Shown here piece after piece: positions 16,666 to 25,571 of a DNA stretch of 37,628 nucleotides (positions are counted from its first letter, which is position 1; each line of letters begins with the position of its first letter). Origin of the DNA: a virus. Its lineage: Duplodnaviria; Caudoviricetes. The notes beneath the pieces were generated by a model. The model did no database searches and was not told where the DNA came from. It saw only the letters and a program-made list of their open reading frames with translations. Position numbers and translations under genes: made by a program. The DNA lies in the IMG/VR virus record IMGVR_UViG_3300020045_013066, positions 1 through 37,628 of that record; one strand, written 5' to 3'.

Positions 16666-17205
16666 TTATGGCGTTGTTGGTACTACGTCTAAATATATTT
16701 TCAAACTTTGAACCGTTGGATCGGTGTCCTGAACAGTTACATAGAACGAAGTTAACGAAGCATTTTGGCTTATCTTTTTAACCACAACACTTCCAATATC
16801 GTTATCCTGTTGTAAGTTTCCTAACGATTCCACGTCGGTACTTAATTTATGCGGTACAGCATTCAAAGCACCAATAGTCGGGAATGTAACCAAAACAGTT
16901 GTTTGGCTTCCACCGCCCGCACTTGTGTTTACGCTGAAAATTGTCGCCGAAACTATATCTCCATCGTGCGTCACGTTTGCACCAGGCGTTCCTATACCAG
17001 GATCTATTCCAGAAATAGATCCGCGGAAAATCGGGATTTTTTTAGTAATCGCAATAATACGATCTAAAAGATACTGCGTGCGATTAACAAGCGCTAACGC
17101 CTGTTTGTTATCGTTGCCACCTGGTCCGCCTTCGATTAAGTCGGTAATTTCTAACTGGTAAACCGGATCGAATGTCGCCGGTGTTGTTGGATTTACATTT
17201 GCCAT
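16666..17205 (-). CDS. Short tail fibre/adaptor protein
   Basis: N-terminal VYQLEITDLIEGGPGGNDNKQALALVNRTQYL is a typical baseplate-binding fibre N-terminus. Confidence 0.7.
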   Translation of the reverse strand: MANVNPTTPATFDPVYQLEITDLIEGGPGGNDNKQALALVNRTQYLLDRIIAITKKIPIFRGSISGIDPGIGTPGANVTHDGDIVSATIFSVNTSAGGGSQTTVLVTFPTIGALNAVPHKLSTDVESLGNLQQDNDIGSVVVKKISQNASLTSFYVTVQDTDPTVQSLKIYLDVVPTTP

Positions 17206-17208
17206 ATC

Positions 17209-17649
17209 TTAAAAGGATATTGTCCAGGAACCGTTTAAAATAATATCTGAATTTTTGGCGATCACTGCGCGGACCTTACGCGCAAAAAGTGTATTATCGG
17301 CACAAAGAAGACCGAATTCCACAATATTGATACCGTTGGCTTCGAGCGCACCCAGTGTCCAGTCAAACTTAACACTGGCAATAGTAGGGTAAGTTACAGT
17401 TCCCAGGGATTTAGTAAAAGCGCCTGTAATTGCGGTGTCTGCTCCCGTTGGTTGTGTGCCGTTGGTTCCTACAGACAACTTCGTCAATTGCTTATTAGTA
17501 TCGCCCGCACCCAATAGGCGCATAACAGCGGTACGGCCTGAATTAACCACGAGGTTTTTGTCTTCGTAATTTTCAAGTATTTTCCCGGTATGGGCACAAA
17601 TAACCTGCAACAAAAAACAACCCTTTAAAGTGCTCATTTTATCATTCAT
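17209..17649 (-). CDS. Baseplate/tail-collar-like protein
   Basis: NLVVNSGR...VGTNG...EANG..I.EFGL...LFARKV...I.K...W.I.F pattern. Confidence 0.7.
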   Translation of the reverse strand: MNDKMSTLKGCFLLQVICAHTGKILENYEDKNLVVNSGRTAVMRLLGAGDTNKQLTKLSVGTNGTQPTGADTAITGAFTKSLGTVTYPTIASVKFDWTLGALEANGINIVEFGLLCADNTLFARKVRAVIAKNSDIILNGSWTISF

Positions 17650-17789
17650 CTTCTAAATATTGAAGTTAGTATTATTCCGACAATGATTACAGAAATAAGC
17701 ACCGCGCAAACTTCGATAGTGTCGATTTTTTTATTTTTTCGTTCTGGACGATCGCCCATTTCGTTTTCGGTATAACTGGTATTTTTCAT
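17646..17789 (-). CDS. 47-aa single-TM membrane protein
   Basis: Translated by hand: MKNTSYTENEMGDRPERKNKKIDTIEVCAVLISVIIVGIILTSIFRR*; TAATG and ATGA coupling at its two ends. Confidence 0.7.
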   Translation of the reverse strand: MKNTSYTENEMGDRPERKNKKIDTIEVCAVLISVIIVGIILTSIFRR

Positions 17790-18487
17790 TATGGTACGTT
17801 TTGAATGTTAATAACAAGGGAATCCAAAGATTCGATATATCTTATAGATCCATCGCGCAAATAAGTACCATCATGAAACCTTGCAAAATATCCCAGGTCT
17901 TCGTCTAATGGTGGCGATTCAAAGGTAATATTTAAAGTGTCTTCCAAAACATATTTTGTTCCACCTATATTCAAAGTGTCGAAAATATCCACAGAATAGG
18001 AAATCCCTTCGAGCACGGAACGAACGTTTTTGTATTCCCGGACCAGTTTAGCCAGATAAGACTGCGAAAGTCCATCCAGTGCCACGGTGTCGCCCAGACT
18101 GGATTCTATTTTGAAACGGGCCCAGTCGGTTTCCGGGTTTCCGGTGTCGATTCCTTCAATTAAAACCGCATCGTTATAACCTACGGAAACCATAGCGTTT
18201 TTTATAGCCCAAACCGTACCCATATAGCGTTTTAACTCGATAGCCTGCTTAATGATTGCCCGGCGCTGTTCGTCCGTGGTTGCCAATCCGTAACCCTGAA
18301 AACCTTCGACGTCGAACTGGCGCGCCAAAGTCGGAAGCGCTGAAGCGGACACCGTATCTATAACGTAAACCAGAAGCGATTCCAGTTCGATGTTATTCAT
18401 TCGGGCGGCCACCATCGAATCGAACGCCGCTAAATGCGGAACTGAAGCGATAGAATCGGCTAAAATATTTGTATTGCTTTGGCTCAT
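17789..18487 (-). CDS. Tail protein I (P2 gpI-like)
   Basis: LPTLARQFDV...RAIIKQAIELKRYMGT.WAIK...YKNVRS. Confidence 0.85.
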   Translation of the reverse strand: MSQSNTNILADSIASVPHLAAFDSMVAARMNNIELESLLVYVIDTVSASALPTLARQFDVEGFQGYGLATTDEQRRAIIKQAIELKRYMGTVWAIKNAMVSVGYNDAVLIEGIDTGNPETDWARFKIESSLGDTVALDGLSQSYLAKLVREYKNVRSVLEGISYSVDIFDTLNIGGTKYVLEDTLNITFESPPLDEDLGYFARFHDGTYLRDGSIRYIESLDSLVINIQNVP

Positions 18488-18494
18488 TTAAAAA

Positions 18495-19652
18495 TTATCC
18501 TACGTTGGTTCCAGTTACGGTAACTGTTATGGCTGTAATGTTTGCAAATTCATTTCCCGCGACAACAAGATCGCCGGAAGGTGTCGTTACGTTGGCTTTG
18601 TAAACGCCATCTATCATACATAGGGCTTTGATCTGGTCGATTACAATATCCTGGCCTAATAATTTACGGCGGCCGTCGCGGAATGCTTCCAGGTTGGCCT
18701 GCACGATTGGCAAAATATCCGACTGCACCGCACCTTCGTATAAAATAAGCCCTACAACGATTGTCGTAGCCACAGGCGAAGGCGAAGTGGCAAAAACGGT
18801 ATCTGTAAGCGGGCGGATTTTATCGGCGTTTAAAACAGCCAGAACGGCTTCGAGAATTTCGACCGGTGTTTCCACAAGCGATTCCACAAGCGGGAAAACC
18901 TCAACTGTGCCCGGAATCGGATCACCAATAACATAACCGTCCGGTATTTCGTCACCATCCACGTAACGTTTGTTATCCACGAAGGCGTCTATAATGACAG
19001 GTGAAGCGGATTTCGTCCAGAATTCGTATGCTTTGTAGCTTCCGGCGTTGCTGAATGCCGATGGTGCCAATTTGATACGGTCGCGAAGTTGTTCGTCCGA
19101 TTCTTCGTCCGAACCGCCTTCGGAAACGGTGGTGTTTTCGGCGGTCGCCAGATATGCCTGCGGATCCATTATAACGGAAATCGTTCCCAGTGCGTAATCA
19201 TTACCCAATTTTCCGGGCGCTTGCGCGATGGCGGTAACGTAAACAGTATTATCGGCTGTCAAAACAGCGTAATCCTGGATTAGTTGGAAAATTGCGCGGC
19301 CATCTGAAGAAGAAATTCTGGTTCCCGATGGGATAACGACGTCGCCGTGGCCTTCGGTAAGCGTAAGAAGTATCGTAACGCGGGCCGATTGTGAAGGTAG
19401 CCTGGTAACGCCTACAATTTCGCCCAAATAGTCGAGCATTGGAAATCGCGCAAAGGCTACAAGGTTTTGAAGTGCCGCATCCTGGATCTGGTTGCGAATA
19501 AGAAGTTCGCGGTAAGCAAATGCGTTTATAAGTAACATTTCGACCTGTGCCGGTTCCAAAATACGACCCGTGCGCGTCTGGTAATCTGTAACCATTTCCG
19601 CAATAATGGTCGGTGCATCGCGTTCGATGAATTCCGGGATAGGTAGTGCCAT
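18495..19652 (-). CDS. Baseplate J/gp47 protein
   Basis: LDYLGEIVGVTR, GGSDEESDEQLRDRI, FSNAGS..AYEFW, IRPLTD.V. Confidence 0.92.
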   Translation of the reverse strand: MALPIPEFIERDAPTIIAEMVTDYQTRTGRILEPAQVEMLLINAFAYRELLIRNQIQDAALQNLVAFARFPMLDYLGEIVGVTRLPSQSARVTILLTLTEGHGDVVIPSGTRISSSDGRAIFQLIQDYAVLTADNTVYVTAIAQAPGKLGNDYALGTISVIMDPQAYLATAENTTVSEGGSDEESDEQLRDRIKLAPSAFSNAGSYKAYEFWTKSASPVIIDAFVDNKRYVDGDEIPDGYVIGDPIPGTVEVFPLVESLVETPVEILEAVLAVLNADKIRPLTDTVFATSPSPVATTIVVGLILYEGAVQSDILPIVQANLEAFRDGRRKLLGQDIVIDQIKALCMIDGVYKANVTTPSGDLVVAGNEFANITAITVTVTGTNVG

Positions 19653-19912
19653 TATTTTTTTTTGTTGGTTTTAACGATACTGTCGTGGTCTTTTATGATT
19701 TCTTTGATCGTATCGCGTTCTTCGGCTATTTTTATCTTATAAAGTAAAATTTTCGCCTGGGCTTTGTTGTATGCATTATTATCCTTAACCGGAATAATAA
19801 ACGGTTTTGCTTTTACCGTTACGACCTTCAATTCTATAGGCGATTTAATTGGTTCCCAGTCCGCACTCGTTAGCGTAAAGAACATAAGGAATAAAAAAAT
19901 TACTGTTTTCAT
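19652..19912 (-). CDS. Small exported protein
   Basis: Signal peptide MKTVIFLFLMFFTLTSA; translationally coupled on both sides. Confidence 0.6.
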   Translation of the reverse strand: MKTVIFLFLMFFTLTSADWEPIKSPIELKVVTVKAKPFIIPVKDNNAYNKAQAKILLYKIKIAEERDTIKEIIKDHDSIVKTNKKK

Positions 19913-20241
19913 TTGATAATATTTTTTTTCTTTGCTTCTGTTTTAATATCGACGTATTCCATCCACAAACCCTTATATTCCGCGGCCATCTGCTGCGCCG
20001 CTTTGATGGAATTGTCCGCGTCTATTTTTTGCTGTTGTTGACAGTCGTACAATTTAGAATCTACCAGGTCTTTTTCGGCATCCTTAGCAGCCAAATCTAT
20101 AACATGCTGTTTTCGTTCTGAAGCGATTGTATTGTCGCGGTTGTTTACAGCGTTCGCCAGAACTATAATAACGATAATTGAACCCGTAAGAAGGGCTGTT
20201 TTAGACAAAACGAATTTTTCGACGGATTCCCAGTTTATCAT
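19909..20241 (-). CDS. Single-TM coiled-coil membrane protein (holin/spanin-like candidate)
   Basis: N-terminal TM helix followed by a long amphipathic helix. Confidence 0.55.
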   Translation of the reverse strand: MINWESVEKFVLSKTALLTGSIIVIIVLANAVNNRDNTIASERKQHVIDLAAKDAEKDLVDSKLYDCQQQQKIDADNSIKAAQQMAAEYKGLWMEYVDIKTEAKKKNIIK

Positions 20242-20245
20242 TTCC

Positions 20246-20253
20246 CAAAAATA
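20246..20253 (-). promoter_or_regulatory. -7 element TATTTTTG, 4 nt before ATG 20241
   Basis: Exact TAnnTTTG directly after a terminator. Confidence 0.6.
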
Positions 20254-20254
20254 T

Positions 20255-20290
20255 AAAATTCGGGCGAATAAATGTTATACGCCCGAATTT
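20255..20290 (-). terminator. Intrinsic terminator
   Basis: 11-bp inverted repeat AAATTCGGGCG/CGCCCGAATTT. Confidence 0.7.
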
Positions 20291-20295
20291 ATAAT

Positions 20296-20658
20296 TTACT
20301 TAATTTTCCGATCCGCCACGTCGGATTTGACGTCGTTAATCTGGTTAAGCGTTTTGCGGGCTTTTCCGCGGCCGAAAACTTTTGTTAAAGCCCAAAGACC
20401 TTGTCCGGTAATAAACGCAGGAAGTGCGGCCAAAAGATTTGCATTCGGCATAACGTCGGCGAATCCGGCGCCAGTCATTCCGGAAACATAGACGATCAAA
20501 ACCGCAATAATTCCCTTAATGTTTCCAGAAACAAACGATCCGAAGGTTAACGTTTCATTCGAAACAGCAAAATCGGTTTTTTGACTTTCGAAGGTCCGCC
20601 AGAATTCGGCCGCGATTCCGAGAAATACGGCCACCCAAATAATAATTGGAAATTGCAT
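20296..20658 (-). CDS. Three-TM membrane protein, holin candidate
   Basis: Three hydrophobic segments and a basic C-terminal tail; 120 aa. Confidence 0.5.
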   Translation of the reverse strand: MQFPIIIWVAVFLGIAAEFWRTFESQKTDFAVSNETLTFGSFVSGNIKGIIAVLIVYVSGMTGAGFADVMPNANLLAALPAFITGQGLWALTKVFGRGKARKTLNQINDVKSDVADRKIK

Positions 20659-20675
20659 ATATAAAAATTTAAAAG

Positions 20676-20879
20676 TTACTCGTTTTCGATACGTACGATT
20701 TTATAAATACCTATCGCCACGAATGCGAATCCAATCGCAGCGATAAATATACGGATTCCACCGTTAACAATATCACGAAGTCCTTCCATTTCGAAGAAGA
20801 ACGAAACCCAGAAAATTAAAATTACCAGGGCTATTAATATAGCGAACGGTAAGCGGCTGCGTTTGGCTGTTGGTTTCAT
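20676..20879 (-). CDS. Two-TM small membrane protein (likely start MKPTAK at 20879)
   Basis: ORF track 20676..20906; two hydrophobic helices. Confidence 0.6.
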   Translation of the reverse strand: MKPTAKRSRLPFAILIALVILIFWVSFFFEMEGLRDIVNGGIRIFIAAIGFAFVAIGIYKIVRIENE

Positions 20880-20881
20880 AA

Positions 20882-23659
20882 TTAAGGAATATAAATACAG
20901 TTCCACTTATCCGCACCCGCAGGGAAATCATTTCCTTTAGCTATACAGTTTATTAAAGTTGTACGGATCCATCCGCTACTCGCTGTGGAATTTGAGGAAT
21001 TCCCCTGCATTAAACAACCGGACGCTAAAATATTTGTACTATTTCCGGCGTCTGCTGTTGCACCTTGAGATCCCACACCTTGTCCGCTATTTCTCATTAT
21101 AGCATTAAAAATGGATATATGACCACCGGACGCCGCAACTACGCCACCGCCGTTGTATTCGTATAATCCGCCATAAATAGATCCGCTACAGTTACTATGT
21201 AGTGAATCGCCGTCGTCTTCGTTATCATGCGACCAACTATCTGTTGATTTAACAGTGGTCGTAAATGTAGCGGTTCCGTTAAATCCATCGCCGCCAATTC
21301 CTAAATTATAATTAATTCCCCCGGCGCGGCACCGAATAAACTCGCCACCTATTGAATTACCATACTGCCAACCGAATGAATTTGCGGAACATAAAACGGA
21401 ACTATCTTCTATTTTAAATTTTGTTGAAGACAAACGTACCGATCTATAAAGAAAATTTATGTTTTGCATTGTTACCGTTGGTTGGTGCGTAATAAACACC
21501 TGTATTTCGTCGCCGGAATCAGGCACAACTATTGGATTTGTTGCTAAACTGCTTCCGGAAATTATTGTAAAATACAATGTGCCGGCACTCCAAAAGAAAT
21601 GCGTTTCGCTGTTTGAACTTGCTTCTAATAGTGCTGTTGAAGCTAACCATGTTGATTTACTCGAAGGTAATCTGTTTGTTAAACCTCGCTGTAATGGGTG
21701 GCTTTCGGCCTGCGTTATAACAGTGTTTGCGTCTGCAACGTCATGTTGCCAAATTGCGTCCGAAGAATCCAGTGTAGGAGCATAGGACACGGAATAAACT
21801 TTAGTTGTTCCACCAACAATAGACGCAGAAGTAAAACGGGTGCCATAAATTAATCTAACTGTTGCGCCTGTATCTGCCGTTAAATTTAAACCTAATGCAG
21901 TTGTAAAATATTGGTCTAAATAATCGCCAGTTTTTAATACTACTTTTCCAATTCCTTTTGTTTTATATTTTGCCTCTTGAATGGTTGCCATTGGAGAATC
22001 GAAAGTTCCATTATTAGAATCCGAAACACCCGCGCCGGGCGGTGCTACAAAAACAAATTTTGAATATTCGTTTACATCTTCCACTTTTACTACGATATCG
22101 TCCCAGGTGGAAGAACCTCTTATAGCTAAAACCAATTCACCACCAGACATAGCTGGTGCCGTAGCTGGTGCCGTGTATTCTGTCACGTTCCAAACGCCAT
22201 TTTTTGCGAATCTAAGAAAAGACTTAGCACCATTAAAAATAAGTTGAATTGAAATAATGTCGCCAGTGGTAAACGTTGCCTGGGTTCCGGCCGAAGCTGC
22301 ACTAACAAATGAACTTGAATTGTACTGTAATAAAGCGGTTGCGCCAGTAGATCCGCGCCACTGCATACCGCCCCAACTTGAACCATTTTTAATTCCAAAA
22401 CCGAAATATCCAGTCGCACCTGCGGTACATTTTGCAGAAACCGTAACAGAATAAACATTGTTATCTATAATTTTTCCAGTAGGTAGAAAATTATCGACTG
22501 TAGTAACAATCTTAATTCCTTTGGTTGTTCCTACTGTTTTTGTCATTGTGGTAAACGGCGTATATCCTGCAAAATCGTCAAAGCCGTACTCAAAGCCAGT
22601 TTTTATAACCTCAACACTATTGGCTATTTTAGCAGTTTTTACATCTTGGACACCCGTTATAGCTGCGATTCCGGCATTTACCGCGTCAACTGTTGGATAT
22701 TTTACACCTGTACCATCAGTAGTAAGTGAATTTTGTTTGTTTGCGGTATCTTCTTTCGATGAAATTGTTCCAATAGATGTTTTTTCAGACGGGCTTAATA
22801 ACCCCGCATTTGTAACATCAGCTAAAGGAATTGTAGCATCTGTTCCAGTGTCTGAATTTACACTGCCGTCTGTAGGACTTGCCGTGTATGTTAGATTAGT
22901 TGAACCGCCGCTTCCAAGTTCCGAAAATAACGCCCATCGGTCGCCAGTTGGTGGATAATCAAATGGACCTACATCGGTCGCCACATTTGTATTAAAAATA
23001 ATATCGTTACCATTTGTATTTATAACTATTTGATTATTTGCGGTCGCTGTACTTCCAGACGCATCAGTGGAAAAATGAATAGTGTTATTAAACGTGTTTC
23101 CTATTCCCGCGGCGTTTCCAATAGCGATTTGATTTGCGCCAGTATTTTGCGAACCTGCATAGTAACCAATAGCTGTTTGAAATCCGCCTATATTTGATTC
23201 TCCGGAAGCGGTCCCTATTGATATTTGAGCCGTTCCGGAGTTATCATAACCGGAAGAATTGCCAATAGCTATTTGATCGGTTGCGTTTGCATCTTGTCCG
23301 GCTTGAAATCCAATTAATACTGAATTACCGGCGGTATTTCCTGTAATGGAACGGCCTATTTTTACGGTGTTGGTGGTTCCGCCAATTTGGACGCCTTGTA
23401 TATCGATTTGATTTGTAGTAGTTGCACCTGTATTAGTAACCTCTTGCAAGTCTGGGGAAGCGGTTACAAAAGAACTACGGGGAATATATTTTAAAACTTT
23501 GGTAGTCCCATCCCACAAAACAACTGAATCCGACATACTTCCCAAATCCGGGAAATTCATTTGAAATTTACCGGCTTTAGTGGTTCCGGAAGCGGGTGCC
23601 TGCGCGAAAAGCGTTCCCGTAAATAATAGCAATGCAAATAATAATACTGTTTTTTTCAT
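20882..23659 (-). CDS. 925-aa fibre/tailspike-like protein with Sec signal peptide, YadA-like head repeats and a C-terminal pectin-lyase-like beta helix
   Basis: MKKTVLLFALLLFTGTLFA-Q; five xIGxxxG 16-aa repeats; FVAP.G..DSNNGT..SPMATIQEA; GDGFN, SHDNEDDGDS.H, YEYNGGG. Confidence 0.75.
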   Translation of the reverse strand: MKKTVLLFALLLFTGTLFAQAPASGTTKAGKFQMNFPDLGSMSDSVVLWDGTTKVLKYIPRSSFVTASPDLQEVTNTGATTTNQIDIQGVQIGGTTNTVKIGRSITGNTAGNSVLIGFQAGQDANATDQIAIGNSSGYDNSGTAQISIGTASGESNIGGFQTAIGYYAGSQNTGANQIAIGNAAGIGNTFNNTIHFSTDASGSTATANNQIVINTNGNDIIFNTNVATDVGPFDYPPTGDRWALFSELGSGGSTNLTYTASPTDGSVNSDTGTDATIPLADVTNAGLLSPSEKTSIGTISSKEDTANKQNSLTTDGTGVKYPTVDAVNAGIAAITGVQDVKTAKIANSVEVIKTGFEYGFDDFAGYTPFTTMTKTVGTTKGIKIVTTVDNFLPTGKIIDNNVYSVTVSAKCTAGATGYFGFGIKNGSSWGGMQWRGSTGATALLQYNSSSFVSAASAGTQATFTTGDIISIQLIFNGAKSFLRFAKNGVWNVTEYTAPATAPAMSGGELVLAIRGSSTWDDIVVKVEDVNEYSKFVFVAPPGAGVSDSNNGTFDSPMATIQEAKYKTKGIGKVVLKTGDYLDQYFTTALGLNLTADTGATVRLIYGTRFTSASIVGGTTKVYSVSYAPTLDSSDAIWQHDVADANTVITQAESHPLQRGLTNRLPSSKSTWLASTALLEASSNSETHFFWSAGTLYFTIISGSSLATNPIVVPDSGDEIQVFITHQPTVTMQNINFLYRSVRLSSTKFKIEDSSVLCSANSFGWQYGNSIGGEFIRCRAGGINYNLGIGGDGFNGTATFTTTVKSTDSWSHDNEDDGDSLHSNCSGSIYGGLYEYNGGGVVAASGGHISIFNAIMRNSGQGVGSQGATADAGNSTNILASGCLMQGNSSNSTASSGWIRTTLINCIAKGNDFPAGADKWNCIYIP

Positions 23660-23660
23660 C

Positions 23661-23852
23661 TTAATTAATTTGATTTAATGATTTTCTGGTTATGGTAATA
23701 GTTTCTACTGTTACGGAAGCGTCTTCCATATCCGGTATTTCCCCAGAACTACTTCTGGTTTCTCTTAATGTTTCCAAAGACACACCGTTTACGCGCTGAA
23801 CCATCGTAACGCCTGGTGTATTAGTTGGAAATCTTTGTTCGATACTGCTCAT
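23661..23852 (-). CDS. Small hypothetical protein
   Basis: ORF track; preceded by promoter-like TATATTTA. Confidence 0.5.
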   Translation of the reverse strand: MSSIEQRFPTNTPGVTMVQRVNGVSLETLRETRSSSGEIPDMEDASVTVETITITRKSLNQIN

Positions 23853-23878
23853 ACAATAAAGTTTTAAAGTTTAAGCCG

Positions 23879-23886
23879 TAAATATA
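23879..23886 (-). promoter_or_regulatory. -7 variant TATATTTA upstream of the fibre cassette
   Basis: TATATATTTACGG, same as 27769-27781. Confidence 0.55.
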
Positions 23887-23908
23887 TAAAAATATTGTTT
23901 TTTGTATG

Positions 23909-24400
23909 TTATTCAGTGGAAGATTCGGACCATACCGTGTAATTATCGAGATTTGAAGGGCCGCCAGTTCCGCCATTATATGTCGCCTGGTTCCAAAACG
24001 TGCCCGATACCGGTTCACCATAAACTAAGTCGCCAACCTCAACGGTAAAGCCACCAGAATTTCCGGTGGCTTTTTTAAGAACGCGTAATTCGAGTGGCGC
24101 GAGTGGCGAACTTCCGGCCAAAAATGCGGCGAAATCTTCTTTACTGATATATCCGTCCTGTGTTGCCGACGCTTTAGGTATTGAAATATTACCCGTAAAA
24201 GGATCCCACGAAATAGGTGCAGTACCCGAAATATTAGCAGAACGCCCCGCATAAGAAGCAATTATGGGAATAAGCACCGACCGCATTATAGCCGGTGTAA
24301 TATACATTATATTGTTATTGATAATTAAATTTATTACCAAATCATATAACTGCTGTGGTGTTAAAATTGCGACGTCCTGTAATCCGTTTTCTGCTGCCAT
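23909..24400 (-). CDS. Putative virion fibre-associated protein
   Basis: GTAPISW...G.ISIPKAS...DGYISKEDF segment resembles phage fibre shaft repeats. Confidence 0.55.
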   Translation of the reverse strand: MAAENGLQDVAILTPQQLYDLVINLIINNNIMYITPAIMRSVLIPIIASYAGRSANISGTAPISWDPFTGNISIPKASATQDGYISKEDFAAFLAGSSPLAPLELRVLKKATGNSGGFTVEVGDLVYGEPVSGTFWNQATYNGGTGGPSNLDNYTVWSESSTE

Positions 24401-24410
24401 AATTGTAAAA

Positions 24411-24845
24411 CTAACTAAATCCTAAATCAAATCCGTTACTAAATGCGCGGCCGATTGCCGGTGGCGAAATTTGTTTCTGTCTGTCGATGTAAAATAAAAC
24501 CTGCGTTACTTCGCCCGATTCCAATAACATACAGGTAAGCACAAAATCAATCCGAGCGATTCGGGTTTCGTACTGTAGGTCTTTTATTATAATTCTGGTT
24601 TCCCATTTTCCGAGCGCGTCCAGGATTTCGTATGCGATATTGGGCGCGGCCGTGTTGACCGGCTTGTCCACATATTGCCAAATATCAGAACCAAATAAGG
24701 GACGAAGCGGATCACTGCCTTTGGTGGTTTTTAGGATCGTTCCGATACATTGTCGAATGTCGGAAATACCTTCGACCACCTCGCCAATTCTTTCACTGGA
24801 TAACTGCCAGTTTACCGCTTTTATGTCCTGTATTTTTGTTGCCAT
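24411..24845 (-). CDS. Baseplate wedge GPW/gp25 family
   Basis: DIRQCI.TIL.T.KGSDPLRP.FGS...WETRI. Confidence 0.9.
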   Translation of the reverse strand: MATKIQDIKAVNWQLSSERIGEVVEGISDIRQCIGTILKTTKGSDPLRPLFGSDIWQYVDKPVNTAAPNIAYEILDALGKWETRIIIKDLQYETRIARIDFVLTCMLLESGEVTQVLFYIDRQKQISPPAIGRAFSNGFDLGFS

Positions 24846-24848
24846 TTT

Positions 24849-25559
24849 TTACGGTGTTGCGGGACCAGAATTTCCAGATCCCGGCGTTACGCCTGTGTGT
24901 TTATGTGTTGCCAAATCTATTGGCCCTGCTTTGACTGTTGCGCCTTTGACTTCGCCCGAAGCGTCGATATTTCCGTTTTCGATGGAAACACCGCCACCGC
25001 CACCGATAATAGGTGCGGTAATGGAAGCTGCGGCGATAGATCCCGAAACTACCATGTCGCCGGTAAGATTCAGAATTCCGGTAAAATCCATCATTAAAGC
25101 ATCTACGACAACGGTATCGGCGTCTACATTTACCTGCTGCGCGTCTACCTCAACGGTTGTGGCTGTTACTGAAGCCGTTTCCGCTTCGATTGAAACATCG
25201 CCATCGGCTTTAATAGCTATGTCGCCTTTTACGTTCACTTCGTATTTATGGATGTTTTTGTCATATTGCATAAAAGTTCCATCGCTAAAAAGCATCCGGA
25301 AAATTCCTGCACCACCGCCATTCGGCTTCGTCTTATCGTTAAAAACCGCACCCAGAATTACACCTTCTTCGGAATTGTCGTCCATAACTACGGCGACCTG
25401 CTCGTTAATTTCAAATGTGAACGAATCCTTATCGACCAGGGCAGCGCGTACAAGTATCTGCAACTGTGCAGAAACGATTCCGTCGTCCGTAAACTTTACG
25501 CGGGCGTAACAGTTGTCGGGATTCACTTCCGTAATATTTCCAAATCGTAATTTTGACAC
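24849..25559 (-). CDS. Baseplate spike, P2 gpV-like (start probably GTG at 25559)
   Basis: OB-fold N-terminus, EQV.V...GVILGAVF, C-terminal HKH.GV..G metal-binding tip. Confidence 0.9.
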   Translation of the reverse strand: MSKLRFGNITEVNPDNCYARVKFTDDGIVSAQLQILVRAALVDKDSFTFEINEQVAVVMDDNSEEGVILGAVFNDKTKPNGGGAGIFRMLFSDGTFMQYDKNIHKYEVNVKGDIAIKADGDVSIEAETASVTATTVEVDAQQVNVDADTVVVDALMMDFTGILNLTGDMVVSGSIAAASITAPIIGGGGGVSIENGNIDASGEVKGATVKAGPIDLATHKHTGVTPGSGNSGPATP

Positions 25560-25562
25560 GTC

Positions 25563-25570
25563 CAAATATA
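25563..25570 (-). promoter_or_regulatory. -7 element TATATTTG, 3 nt before GTG
   Basis: Exact consensus in a very short intergenic gap. Confidence 0.55.
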
Positions 25571-25571
25571 A

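Noticed and set aside
16666-23659. Diversity-generating retroelement or invertible fibre cassette
   Set aside because: No reverse transcriptase, invertase, duplicated variable region or inverted fibre fragments seen
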